From Streptosporangiaceae bacterium (lineage in GTDB: Bacteria; Actinomycetota; Actinomycetes; Streptosporangiales; Streptosporangiaceae): a stretch of DNA of 64,000 nucleotides. The notes under the pieces are model-generated. The model was not told the origin of the DNA. It ran no database searches and worked only from the letters and a program-made list of their open reading frames with translations. The translations under genes and the position numbers were made by a program. Positions 23,912 through 32,687 of the stretch are shown in pieces. The stretch is taken from contig DATKQH010000376.1 of assembly GCA_035532775.1 (NCBI GenBank), positions 4,507 to 68,506 on the forward strand, given 5' to 3'. Every line of letters begins with the position of its first letter. Position 1 is the first letter of the stretch.

Positions 23912-24229
23912 ATGCCCGTGCTGGCCGGCTTCCAGGCCGAACTGGACGCCCTGCGCCTTCGGGAGAATGCGCCCACTCGCGAAGGGGATGCGATCGCAGC
24001 GGCCCGCCGGCGGCTGCCGATGGTGGAGGTGGACTCCGCTACCCCGCTACCCCGCTACCCCGCTGACCGGCGAGCACGGGCCGGGCAGCCTGCTGGAGAC
24101 CTTCGAGGGCCGCCGGCAGGGGCCGGGCCGGGTCGCAGGCTTCTTGGGCTGGGATACTGTCGCCGCTGCGCCACCGGCTGGCCGGCCGGGTACCCGGCGG
24201 GCGCCGGGCCAGTTTCCCGCTCCGCTGCG
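23912..24229 (+). pseudogene. Frameshifted, truncated DUF899 paralog
   Basis: AELDALRLRENAPTREGDAIAAARRRLPMVEVD (frame 2) continues as LTGEHGPGSLLETFEGRRQ in another frame after the 8-bp tandem repeat. This parallels residues of the intact DUF899 gene upstream. The remainder is degenerate. Confidence 0.45.
24041..24064. repeat. Tandem repeat ACCCCGCT x3 (8-bp unit)
   Basis: Read directly: ccgct accccgct accccgct accccgct g. The unit length is not a multiple of 3. Confidence 0.9.
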
Positions 24230-24469
24230 ATGATGTGCGCCAGTACGGCTAAGACGGCGACTGCGCTGACCGCGACGCTGGGGCTGGCCGCCGCATCCTG
24301 GGTGGCCGCGGTCTGGCTGATGGGCGGGATGGACATGGGGCCTGCGACCCGGCCCGGCTCGTTCGCGTTCTTTATCGCCGTGTGGGTGGTGATGATGGCG
24401 GCGATGATGCTGCCGGGCGCGGCCCCGGCCGTGGTCAGGCGCGCCCAGGCCGGCGGGGTGCACGCCTGA
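24230..24469 (+). pseudogene. N-terminal fragment of a DUF2182-type metal-binding membrane protein
   Basis: MMCAS...WLMGGMDMG...FFIAVWVVMMAAMMLPGAAP matches the start of DUF2182 proteins. The ORF ends after ~80 aa, whereas full-length members are about three times longer. Confidence 0.4.
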
Positions 24470-24540
24470 TGCCGCATCCGGCCGCCGCGAGAGAACACAG
24501 CCATCTTGGCGGAGGCGTTCCGCGCCCACCCGGCACAGCG

Positions 24541-26856
24541 TCATGAAGACGCGAGAACCTCGTCGAGGGCCTGGAGGAGGAGGTCGGCGTGTTCGTGCTG
24601 GAATACCAGGGGCGGCCGGATCTTGAGCACGTTTCCAGCCGGGCCGGTTGCGCTGAGCAGTATCCCCCGCTCGCGCATCGCCTCGGTCACTTTGCGGGCG
24701 TTCCCAGCCGCTGGTCCGCGCGCCTCATCGACCAGTTCGACGCCGAGCAGGAGGCCCTCGCCCCGGACGTCCCCGATCAGGGGGTGGCGTTCCGCGAGTG
24801 TCAGCAGGCCCTGCCGGAGGTAGGAGCCGACTTTCGCGGCGTTGGCCACCAGGCCCTCATCCTCGATGACGGCCAGGACCGCGAGCGCGGCCGCGCAGGC
24901 TACCGGGTTGCCGCCGAAGGTGCTGAACAGCTCGACCTCCTCGGGAACGGCCTCGAGCAGCTGGGACCTGACCACCAGCGCGGCGACCGGGAAGCCGTTG
25001 CCCATCGGCTTGCCCATCACGACCATGTCAGGCGCGATCCCTGAGGCATGGAAGCTCCACAGGTGCGTCCCGGACCGGCCGTGACCGGCTTGCACTTCGT
25101 CGGCCACCACGAGCCCTCCCAGGGTCAGCGCCCGCCGGGCTGCTTCCTGCAGGTAGGTGGGAGGGGGCGACAGGATGCCGTCGGCGGTGAAGGCCGGATC
25201 CAGGTATATGGCGGCGAAGCCGCGGTCGCCGAGCGCTCGGGCGGCGTCATCGATGTGAGCGGCGTACCGCTGCACCCACCCGTCCTCTCCCCGCCGGTAC
25301 GGGCCGCGGTACCCGTCAGGCGCGGGGATCGTGGCGATGTGGGCGGGCTGCTCCCCCTTGGCCCACTCCTCGGGGGACAGGGCGTGGGTGGCCTCGGTCA
25401 GCCCGTGGTAGGCGCAGGCGGTCACGACCGCGCCGGCGCGCCCGGTGGCCGCGCGGGCGATCCGCCAGGCGAGGTCGTTGGCCTCGCTGCCGGAGTTCAC
25501 GACCATGACGGCGTCCAGCTCCGGCGGCAGGGTGGCTTGGAGCCGTTCGGCGAGCTCGACGATCGCCTCGTGCAGGTAGCGGCTGTGGGTCGCGAGCAGC
25601 CGCTGCTGCTGCGTGACCGCCTGCACGACCCGTCGGTGGCTGTGCCCGACCACGGGCACGTTGTTGTAGCAGTCGAGGTACCGCCGGTCGTCGGGGTCGA
25701 ACAGCCAGACACCCTCGCCGCGGACGAGGTGCACCGGGCGGGAGTAGAACAGCGGCGATCGGGGCAGCGCCCGCCGGCGGCGCTCCAGCAGGCTACTGGT
25801 GGCAGACCTTTGGTAGGGGAGCTGACGGCAGGCCTCGCGGAAACGCCGCGCGACAGCGTCTATCCCCATCGCCTCGATGGCATCGAGGAAGGCGCGGGCC
25901 CCCGGCTCGCCGCTCGCGGCGTACGCGGCGTTGTCCGGGTAGAGCCCGCGCCGCCAGGCGGTGACCGTGACCTCAGCGGCAAGCCTGGCCGCCACCAGAT
26001 CTGCGAGCAGCCCGGCCTCCTCGTCTTCGAGCGGCGTCACCGAGACGTAGCCGCCGATTATCGCGTCGGCCGCCTCGATGGCATCGTCACGGCCGTGGAG
26101 CACATCGGCGACGGCGACGGCGAGATCGCAGGCCAGCGGCGCATGGGTCATGTCCCCGAAGTCCACGATCCCGCTGACCCGAAAGTCGTCGCCGAACAGC
26201 ACGTTGTCCGGGCTCATGTCGCCGTGGATCACCTGTGCGCGCAGCCCGGGCAGCGCCGGCGCGACCCGGGCCTCGAACCGGTCCAGAACCCGCTCCACCT
26301 GTGCCCGGCGCTGGCTGTCGGAGACATGGGTGAGCAGCGGGCGGAGCTTGGGCAAGCGGGTGATATCCCACAAGATCTCGTAGTCGGCCGCGGGGTGGAA
26401 GAAGCCACGCAGCGCCTGCCCCAGACGGGCCGTGATCTGCCCATGGGACCAGATCGCCTCGGTGGTGAGCGCTGTGTTCGCGGTCACGTGCCCGGGCAGG
26501 AAGGTGAAAAGCCGGGCAGGGTAGGTTCGGCTGTCGGGCCCCGGCACCTCGACCCAGGATTCCCCCGCCGCGGTCGGCAGGGCACGCATCACCGGCAGGT
26601 CCGGATCCACTCGCTCGATATGGCGGAGAGCGGCGGCCTGCATCGCCAGGATGGGCCGGTCATCCGCCGGATTAGAGATCTTGAACAAGAAGCGCTGGCC
26701 GCCAGCCGTGTCCACCCGGAAGTTCTGGTCCCGTTCGCCCGCGAGGGGCTTGAGGGACGACGATTCCACGCCGAAGCCTTCCCGCAGGATCTGGCTGGCT
26801 GCCTCCTCGCCGAAGGCAGGCGGCGTGCTCTTCAAGGGGTCAGGGCGCCTCACCAT
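24541..26856 (-). CDS. Fusion protein: N-terminal APH/homoserine-kinase-II-like phosphotransferase domain and C-terminal class-III (omega) aminotransferase-fold domain
   Basis: N-terminal part: GERDQNFRV...FKISNP...VIHGDMSPDNVLF...IVDFGD. C-terminal part: DEVQAGHGRSG...MGKPMGNGFPVAA. The start MVRRPD at 26856 was chosen because the longer ORF to 27585 runs antisense through the SDR gene. Confidence 0.8.
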   Translation of the reverse strand: MVRRPDPLKSTPPAFGEEAASQILREGFGVESSSLKPLAGERDQNFRVDTAGGQRFLFKISNPADDRPILAMQAAALRHIERVDPDLPVMRALPTAAGESWVEVPGPDSRTYPARLFTFLPGHVTANTALTTEAIWSHGQITARLGQALRGFFHPAADYEILWDITRLPKLRPLLTHVSDSQRRAQVERVLDRFEARVAPALPGLRAQVIHGDMSPDNVLFGDDFRVSGIVDFGDMTHAPLACDLAVAVADVLHGRDDAIEAADAIIGGYVSVTPLEDEEAGLLADLVAARLAAEVTVTAWRRGLYPDNAAYAASGEPGARAFLDAIEAMGIDAVARRFREACRQLPYQRSATSSLLERRRRALPRSPLFYSRPVHLVRGEGVWLFDPDDRRYLDCYNNVPVVGHSHRRVVQAVTQQQRLLATHSRYLHEAIVELAERLQATLPPELDAVMVVNSGSEANDLAWRIARAATGRAGAVVTACAYHGLTEATHALSPEEWAKGEQPAHIATIPAPDGYRGPYRRGEDGWVQRYAAHIDDAARALGDRGFAAIYLDPAFTADGILSPPPTYLQEAARRALTLGGLVVADEVQAGHGRSGTHLWSFHASGIAPDMVVMGKPMGNGFPVAALVVRSQLLEAVPEEVELFSTFGGNPVACAAALAVLAVIEDEGLVANAAKVGSYLRQGLLTLAERHPLIGDVRGEGLLLGVELVDEARGPAAGNARKVTEAMRERGILLSATGPAGNVLKIRPPLVFQHEHADLLLQALDEVLASS

Positions 26857-26943
26857 AGGCCCGAAGGCTATCCCTTGCTGCCCACCGGCCGGCCACCGCC
26901 TTCTCGCGGGCCGGGGATCTGGCAGCCCTACTAGGATCGGACA

Positions 26944-27741
26944 ATGCCCATCCCAGCGGCGTTTGACCTGTCCGGCCGGGTCGCGGTGGTCACCGGGGCG
27001 GGCGGTCCCGGCGGCATCGGTTTCGCCGCCGCCAGGCTGCTCGCCGAACTCGGTGCGGCCGTGATGATCAGCGCCACCACGGCCCGGATCCAGGACAGGG
27101 TCAGCGAACTGCGCAGCGCTGGTTTCGACGCGGCGGGGATCGCCGGCGATCTCACCGAGGCCGGCCCGGCGTCCGGGCTTGTATCGGCTGCGCTGGAGCA
27201 ATGGGGAAGGCTGGACATCGTCGTCAACAACGCTGGCATGATCTCCGCCGCTGACCCCGTGTTCGAGTCCGGCACCGTGGAATCCATGGACCTGGCGACC
27301 TGGCAGGCTGCGCTCGCCCGCAACCTGACCACGGCCTTCCTGGTCACCAAGGCGGCGCTGCCGGCCATGACCAGTCGCGGCTGGGGGCGGATCATCATGG
27401 TGGCCAGCGTGACCGGCCCGGTGATGGCGATCCGCGCGGACGTCGGTTACGCCACCGCCAAGGCGGGCATGGTTGGCCTCACCCGCGCGGCCGCCGTCGA
27501 CACCGCAGGGCACGGAATCACCGTCAACGCCGTCGCCCCGGGCTGGATAGCGACCGGCTCCCAGACCCCGGAAGAGCGCGGCCAAGGGCAGGCCACCCCG
27601 GCCGGCCGGAGCGGCTCACCCGACGAGGTCGCCGCCGCCATTGCCTGGCTGGCCAGCCCCGGCGCGTCCTACATCACCGGGCAATACCTGGTCGTGGACG
27701 GCGGTAACTCGATCGCCGAGCAGCGCGCCACACAAGCGTGA
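26944..27741 (+). CDS. SDR family oxidoreductase (FabG-like)
   Basis: VAVVTGAGGPGGIG, NNAG and YATAKAG motifs. Confidence 0.9.
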   Translation: MPIPAAFDLSGRVAVVTGAGGPGGIGFAAARLLAELGAAVMISATTARIQDRVSELRSAGFDAAGIAGDLTEAGPASGLVSAALEQWGRLDIVVNNAGMISAADPVFESGTVESMDLATWQAALARNLTTAFLVTKAALPAMTSRGWGRIIMVASVTGPVMAIRADVGYATAKAGMVGLTRAAAVDTAGHGITVNAVAPGWIATGSQTPEERGQGQATPAGRSGSPDEVAAAIAWLASPGASYITGQYLVVDGGNSIAEQRATQA

Positions 27742-28389
27742 TCGGTTCGCGGCCGCCTGGCGCGCGTGGACCGGCACTTGCCATCTGCCCAGTCAGCGGC
27801 GAAGCGACCGGAGGGATCTGCAAGCCGTCTGACCTGCGCAAGCGGCGCTGGCTGGTCATTTACGCCGCGTGTTACACTGACTACGCATGACGGAAGCGGG
27901 CCGAACGGCCAGCGCGGCTAGCACCTCGGCAGTCGATAGGGCGTAAGTCCCAAATTGCAGCGAATGCGCGCCCGCCCGCTCCGTTGTGCACAGACCTTGC
28001 CCCCGGATCACGGGGGCCTTTGCGTGTCGGCCCTCATTCGGCCCAGGAAGTGGGCAGTTACCGCCCGATGCGGTCTGCAAGCGAGCCTGGTCATGCAGTG
28101 ATGCCTTCAACAGAGGATCCAGCCGCCGACCTCGTCGAAGCTGGCGTCGCGGTATTCCGGATCGAGGCGCGGGTGGTGCCCGGGTCGACCCGCAGTGGTG
28201 GCGCTTGTATCTGGTCGTGCTGGTGGATGGCACACCGGCCGGGATGCAGGATCTGATCGGGGATAGCCGGGCTTACGCATGGTTACCAGCCGCGGCTGCT
28301 CGTGCTCGCCGCAGGTGCGGCGCCGCTCTCGCGGCCTCTGCATCAGCAGACCTGGCAGTCCTTCGGCCGGAGTTCGTCAGCTCGGTGCA

Positions 28390-28860
28390 AGCCTGCAAGA
28401 CCTCGAGTGGACGATCAACGCCTACAGCCTGGTCTTTGGCTGCCTGATGCTGACTGGCCCAGAGCGCCGGGCTGCTGATCGCCGCACGGGTGGTGCAGGG
28501 CGCTGGCGGCGCCGTGCTGGTGCCGCCGACGCTGACGCTGACGCTGACCTGCGACGCATTCCCGGTGGACAAGCGCGGGACCGCGATCGGGATCTGTCAG
28601 CGGCCTCGGGGTGGCGGTCGGCCCGGTGGTCGGCGGCGCGATCGTGCAGACGTGGGCGTAGCGGCCGGCACGAACAACGCGCTGAACGCGCTGGGCGGCG
28701 TATTCGGCGTCGCTGTGATGGCTGCGGTCTTCGCAGCGCACGGCAGCTATGCCTGCTCGGCGTCGTTCATCGCGGGCTTCCGGCCTGCCGAGTGGGCGGC
28801 CGCGGCCGTGGCGGGCGCCGGAGTGATCGCAGCAGTGCTCGCGCCGTCCAGGCGGCAGCT
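28390..28860 (+). pseudogene. Decayed MFS (DHA2-like) transporter gene with a frameshift and internal deletions
   Basis: Fragments LEWTINAYSLVFGCLMLTG (one frame), LLIAARVVQGAGGAVLVPPTLTLTLTCDAFPVDKRGTAIGI and NALNALGGVFGVAVMAAVFAA (another frame). Contains a GACGCT x3 tandem repeat at 28528-28548. Confidence 0.5.
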
Positions 28861-28911
28861 GGCGCTGTCCCTGGCGCCAGCGACCGCGGAGCCCGCAATC
28901 CTGCAGCGGCG

Positions 28912-29095
28912 CGTGCCCGTCGGCTGTCCTGGCGCCGCGCAGCGTCTTGCCGTCCACCGTGAGCACCGCCGGTGCCTGCGGGAGCTGGCTGGCCGCCAGG
29001 CTGGCCGCGACCTGCGAGCCGATGACCTGGTCCAGAGCCAGTATGTCCACGGCGGTCAGAACCCGCCAGATCGTAGCCGCAGCTCCGACGGGGCA
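28912..29095 (-). mobile_element. Remnant of an ISAs1-family-like transposase
   Basis: TIWRVLTAVDILALDQVIGSQVAASLA...AVLTVDGKTLRGARTADGHA resembles the conserved block of ISAs1-type transposases. The rest of the ORF has no coding character. Confidence 0.4.
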
Positions 29096-29302
29096 TCGCT
29101 GGCCCACCCCGCGATCGCTGTACAGGAGCGGGTGCCGGCCATGGTCGCGTACACCGCCACCGCCGGGACCGAGACGAAGCGGTAGCGCACCCACCCCCGC
29201 GCAGGTCACGGGGATGGTGGCCGGCAACCCGGACAGTGGGCGACGATGACCCGGCAAGCTCTGGTACCGTCACGATCCCGGCGTGTCGTACTTATCCAGG
29301 AC

Positions 29303-29318
29303 TGATCGCACGCGATCA
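29303..29318. promoter_or_regulatory. 7-2-7 perfect palindrome TGATCGCACGCGATCA upstream of the isochorismatase-family gene
   Basis: Read directly. The centre is ~60 bp upstream of ATG 29370. The binding factor is unknown. Confidence 0.25.
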
Positions 29319-29369
29319 CACGACTGCGCAAAGGCCGTGGGATCCGGGCCATGAGAAAGGAAGGCAGGT

Positions 29370-29966
29370 ATGAGGCAGAACGTAAGCGAGCTCGTGGGCG
29401 CACCTGAGAAGACGGCATTGCTCATAGTCGACATGCAGAATGACTTCGTCATTCCCGGCGCACCGGTGGCCGCGCCAGGAGCGCTGGAGATCATGCCGTT
29501 GATCGCTGAACTGGCGACAAGGTCACGGGCGAAGGGGCTTCCGGTCGTCTTCACCCAGGAAATGCATCGCGCTGACGGGTCGGACTTCGGGATAGAGCTC
29601 GAATTCGAGCCCCCGCACTGCCTGGAGGGGACTCCTGGCCTGGACATCGTCGACGACCTGACGCCAGAACCCGGAGACCGCCTGATCCGGAACAAGCGCC
29701 GTTATGACGCGTTTCTCGGCACGGATCTCGATTTTGTCCTGCGCCTGGCCGGGGCGGAGAACCTCATCGTCACCGGAGTCTGCACGGATGTCTGCGTGAT
29801 CTCGACCGTCCAGCATGCCCGCAATCTCGACTACCGGTGCTTCGTCGTGGCCGACGCGGTCGCCGGGACGTCCCCGGAGCGGCATGAGGCAGCGCTGATG
29901 TGCATGGAACACGTCTTCGCCAACGTGGGCACGAGCCGCCAGATCACGGGCTTGTTCAAGCTTTAG
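29370..29966 (+). CDS. Isochorismatase-family cysteine hydrolase (N-carbamoylsarcosine amidase / maleamate amidase-like)
   Basis: ALLIVDMQNDF (Asp), a conserved Lys region, and VTGVCTDVCVISTV (nucleophile Cys). Confidence 0.85.
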   Translation: MRQNVSELVGAPEKTALLIVDMQNDFVIPGAPVAAPGALEIMPLIAELATRSRAKGLPVVFTQEMHRADGSDFGIELEFEPPHCLEGTPGLDIVDDLTPEPGDRLIRNKRRYDAFLGTDLDFVLRLAGAENLIVTGVCTDVCVISTVQHARNLDYRCFVVADAVAGTSPERHEAALMCMEHVFANVGTSRQITGLFKL

Positions 29967-30027
29967 GCGTGCTGACGCGCAGATCTTGATGACAGTAATC
30001 GCGCTGTCCAGCGAGGCCGCGGCTGAC

Positions 30028-30744
30028 TCATGTCGCCGCGCCGCGCTCGTGCAGGTGGCCGAGGATGAGCCTGCCGGCGTTGCGGACGTGCTCGGTCATC
30101 GACGTGCGCGCGGTCTCTGCGTCGTTCTGCTCAAGTGCATGGAGGATCCGGCGATGCTCGATCACGTTGATCGCCTCGATCTGGTCCGCTGACCCGGTCG
30201 CCTTCCAGACGTAGTCCTTGGGGAAGCGCCGCTGCAGGTCGGCGACGAGCCGATCCAGAAGCCGGTTTCCGGCCAGGTCCCGGATGACACCGTGGAATTC
30301 CTCGTTGAAGCGGGTGAGCTGGGCATTGATGAAGCTGTCGGCGGGGCGCTTGCCTACGGACAGTCTCGCCGAAGCGACGACCGCCTCCAGTTGCAACTGA
30401 ATTGTTTCGAGCGCGGCGACCTGATCCCCGGTGAAGGTGGCCGCAGCGAGCGATGCCGCGTACCCTTCGAGCTCGGCGCGCACCGCGTACACCTCGCCCA
30501 GCTCAGACAGGGTGATGACCCGGATTCGGGCGCCCTTGTTGGGGATGAGATCGACCAGGTTCTGCGCCTGGAGCTTCCGCAAAGCCTCTCGCACTGGGGT
30601 CCTGCTCACCCCGAACCGGGCGCAGATCTCCTCTTGCATGAGATGCGAGCCGGGCTCATAGACCCCGTCGAGGATCTCCGCTTCCAGCCGGAACGCGATC
30701 TCATCCGCGTAGCTGGTCAGTGCGATCGGCTCGTTCAGGCTCAT
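30028..30744 (-). CDS. GntR family transcriptional regulator (FadR/FCD subfamily)
   Basis: EEICARFGVSRTPVREALRKLQAQNLV wHTH and a C-terminal FCD-like helical domain. Divergent from the hutU-like operon. Confidence 0.9.
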   Translation of the reverse strand: MSLNEPIALTSYADEIAFRLEAEILDGVYEPGSHLMQEEICARFGVSRTPVREALRKLQAQNLVDLIPNKGARIRVITLSELGEVYAVRAELEGYAASLAAATFTGDQVAALETIQLQLEAVVASARLSVGKRPADSFINAQLTRFNEEFHGVIRDLAGNRLLDRLVADLQRRFPKDYVWKATGSADQIEAINVIEHRRILHALEQNDAETARTSMTEHVRNAGRLILGHLHERGAAT

Positions 30745-30940
30745 GCGGGCTCCGTTTCATGCTGGCCATCGGGCGACTGGCACCCTATCCGGCCCGGCGT
30801 CCCCCGCGCCGTCAGGTGCCTGGGCGGCCGGACCCACAGCGGGCTCATGATACTGCCGGTCCCGCCAGGCCCCGGTTCTGGCAGGTCGCGCTGGTCGGAG
30901 GCGGCACCGGAACTGCAGCATCAAGCTCTTGACATTTTGG

Positions 30941-30950
30941 ATCCATGGAT
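30941..30950. promoter_or_regulatory. Perfect 10-bp palindrome ATCCATGGAT next to a TTGACA hexamer in the GntR / hutU-like divergent intergenic region
   Basis: TTGACA at 30929-30934 and the palindrome at 30941-30950, in a locally AT-richer stretch ~65 bp upstream of ATG 31014. Confidence 0.25.
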
Positions 30951-31013
30951 ACGAAGATTCAACCGTTGCAGCACAAGATCAACTGATGCAGCCTTTGCCC
31001 AGAGAGGGGCGGA

Positions 31014-32687
31014 ATGTCGGCCAGCGCCACCCATGGAGCCGCGCCCACCGGCAGTCACCGCTCCTGCCTGGGCTGGGAGCAGGAGGGGGCACTCCGCTGC
31101 CTGCTCAATAACCTTGACCCAGCCGTGGCCGAGGACCCGGACGCGCTGATCGTCTACGGGGGCCACGGCAAGGCCGCCCGTGACCCGGTCTCCCTGCAGG
31201 CCACCATCGACGCACTGCGTCGGCTGAAGGCAGACGAGACGCTCATCGTCCAGTCCGGGAAGCCGGTAGCGGTACTCCCCAGCCACCCCGACGCACCCCG
31301 GGTACTGATCTCGACCGCCATGATCGTCCCCGCCTGGTCGACCCATGAGAACTTCTGGGCCTACGAAGCGGCCGGGCTGACCATGTATGGGCAGATGACC
31401 GCCGCAGGCTGGTTCTACATCGGGACGCAGGGGATCCTCGGCTTCAGCTACGAGACATTCGCGGCAATCGGGAGGCAGCATTTTGGCGGGCGGCTGGACG
31501 GGTGCCGGGTACTTACCGCGGGCCTGGGCGGCATGGGCGGAGCCCAGGGGCGCGGGATCGCCTACAACGGCGCCAGCGCGCTCATCGTGGAGGTCGACGA
31601 TCGCCGGGCCAAGCGCCGCGCGGACTCCGGGTGGGTTGATCATCTCACCGACGACTACGCCGAGGCGCTGCGGCTTCTCGACCGGGCTGCCGGGCCGGTT
31701 TCCGTCGGGTTGGTGGGCAACATCGCCGAGGTCGCCCCCCGGCTGGTCGCGGACCGCGTCCATTTCGATGTCGCGACCGACCAGACGGCCGCACACGACC
31801 TGCTCCACGGCTACGTTCCGGTCGGGTACACGCCGGACGATGCCGCGGCGGCGGTCCCCGGTGATCGAGTACACGAGGAGGCAGTCCGCCAGTCCCTGAC
31901 CTCCCATGTGGGTGCCTTGCTGGCACTTCGCGAGCGCGGCACCGTGGTCTTCGAGTACGGCAATAACCTCCGCGCCCAGGCCGCGGAGGCTGGGGTGCAG
32001 GGAGCGCTTGACATTCCCGGCTTCGTCGCCGCTTACGTTCGCCCGATCTTTTCCCGCGGCGTCGGGCCATACCGGTGGATCTGTCTCAGCGGGAACCCGG
32101 AGGACCTGCGCCGCACCGAGGAGGCCGTGCTGGGGGCGGCTGGCACTCCCGGGATGGCCCGCTGGTTCGAACGCGCCCGGGCCGACCTGCCTGCCCAAGG
32201 CCTGCCCGCCCGGATCTGCTGGCTCGGTCTGGGGGAACGGCACGAGGCGGGGCTCGCCATCAACAAACTCGTCCGGGAGGGCGTCATCGGCCCGGTCGCA
32301 CTGGGCCGGGACCACATGGACCCGGCATCGGTGGCGTCGCCGTCACGAGAGACCGAGGGGATGCTCGACGGCAGCGACGCGATCGCGGACTGGCCAGTGC
32401 TGTCGGCCATGCTCAACGCGGCCCAGGGAGCAAGCTGGGTGGCTATCGGCAACGGCGGCGGCGTAGGCGTCGGCCGCAGCATCCATTCAGGAATGGTCGT
32501 GATCGCCGACGGATCGGACCTGGCCGAGCGGAAGATCCGGCGCGTGTTCTGGGCCGACCCCGCGCTAGGCCTCGCCCGCTATGCCGACGCCGGGTACCCT
32601 GACGCGCTTGAGAAGTCTCATCAGATGGGTCTGGACCTGCCCAGCTGCCCGCGGGCAGCGGGCACCTCACGGAGGGAGGCCCGGTGA
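31014..32687 (+). CDS. hutU: Urocanate hydratase family protein (HutU-like; physiological substrate uncertain)
   Basis: 557 aa. LLNNLDPAVAEDPDALIVYGGHGKAARD and downstream urocanase blocks (GLGGMGGAQ NAD-binding loop). Confidence 0.8.
   Translation: MSASATHGAAPTGSHRSCLGWEQEGALRCLLNNLDPAVAEDPDALIVYGGHGKAARDPVSLQATIDALRRLKADETLIVQSGKPVAVLPSHPDAPRVLISTAMIVPAWSTHENFWAYEAAGLTMYGQMTAAGWFYIGTQGILGFSYETFAAIGRQHFGGRLDGCRVLTAGLGGMGGAQGRGIAYNGASALIVEVDDRRAKRRADSGWVDHLTDDYAEALRLLDRAAGPVSVGLVGNIAEVAPRLVADRVHFDVATDQTAAHDLLHGYVPVGYTPDDAAAAVPGDRVHEEAVRQSLTSHVGALLALRERGTVVFEYGNNLRAQAAEAGVQGALDIPGFVAAYVRPIFSRGVGPYRWICLSGNPEDLRRTEEAVLGAAGTPGMARWFERARADLPAQGLPARICWLGLGERHEAGLAINKLVREGVIGPVALGRDHMDPASVASPSRETEGMLDGSDAIADWPVLSAMLNAAQGASWVAIGNGGGVGVGRSIHSGMVVIADGSDLAERKIRRVFWADPALGLARYADAGYPDALEKSHQMGLDLPSCPRAAGTSRREAR

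Noticed and set aside
26857-27585. Upstream extension of the kinase/aminotransferase ORF to 27585
   Set aside because: The extension runs antisense through the well-supported SDR gene and lacks any domain signature. The kinase-domain homology starts near MVRRPD (26856).
27860-28020. Possible small RNA or tmRNA-like segment, suggested by ...YALSTAEVLAALA on the minus strand and the 7-bp stem GCCCCCG/CGGGGGC at 27999-28017
   Set aside because: There is no stop codon after the Ala-rich peptide and no tRNA-like acceptor/T-arm sequence. The hairpin is short and lacks a U-tract. The segment lies in a decayed non-coding zone.
28150-28260. GNAT acetyltransferase-like fragment (WWRLYLVVLVDGTPAGMQDLIGDS)
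   Set aside because: Only ~25 residues have weak resemblance and there is no acetyl-CoA-binding motif. It is mentioned only as part of the decay zone.
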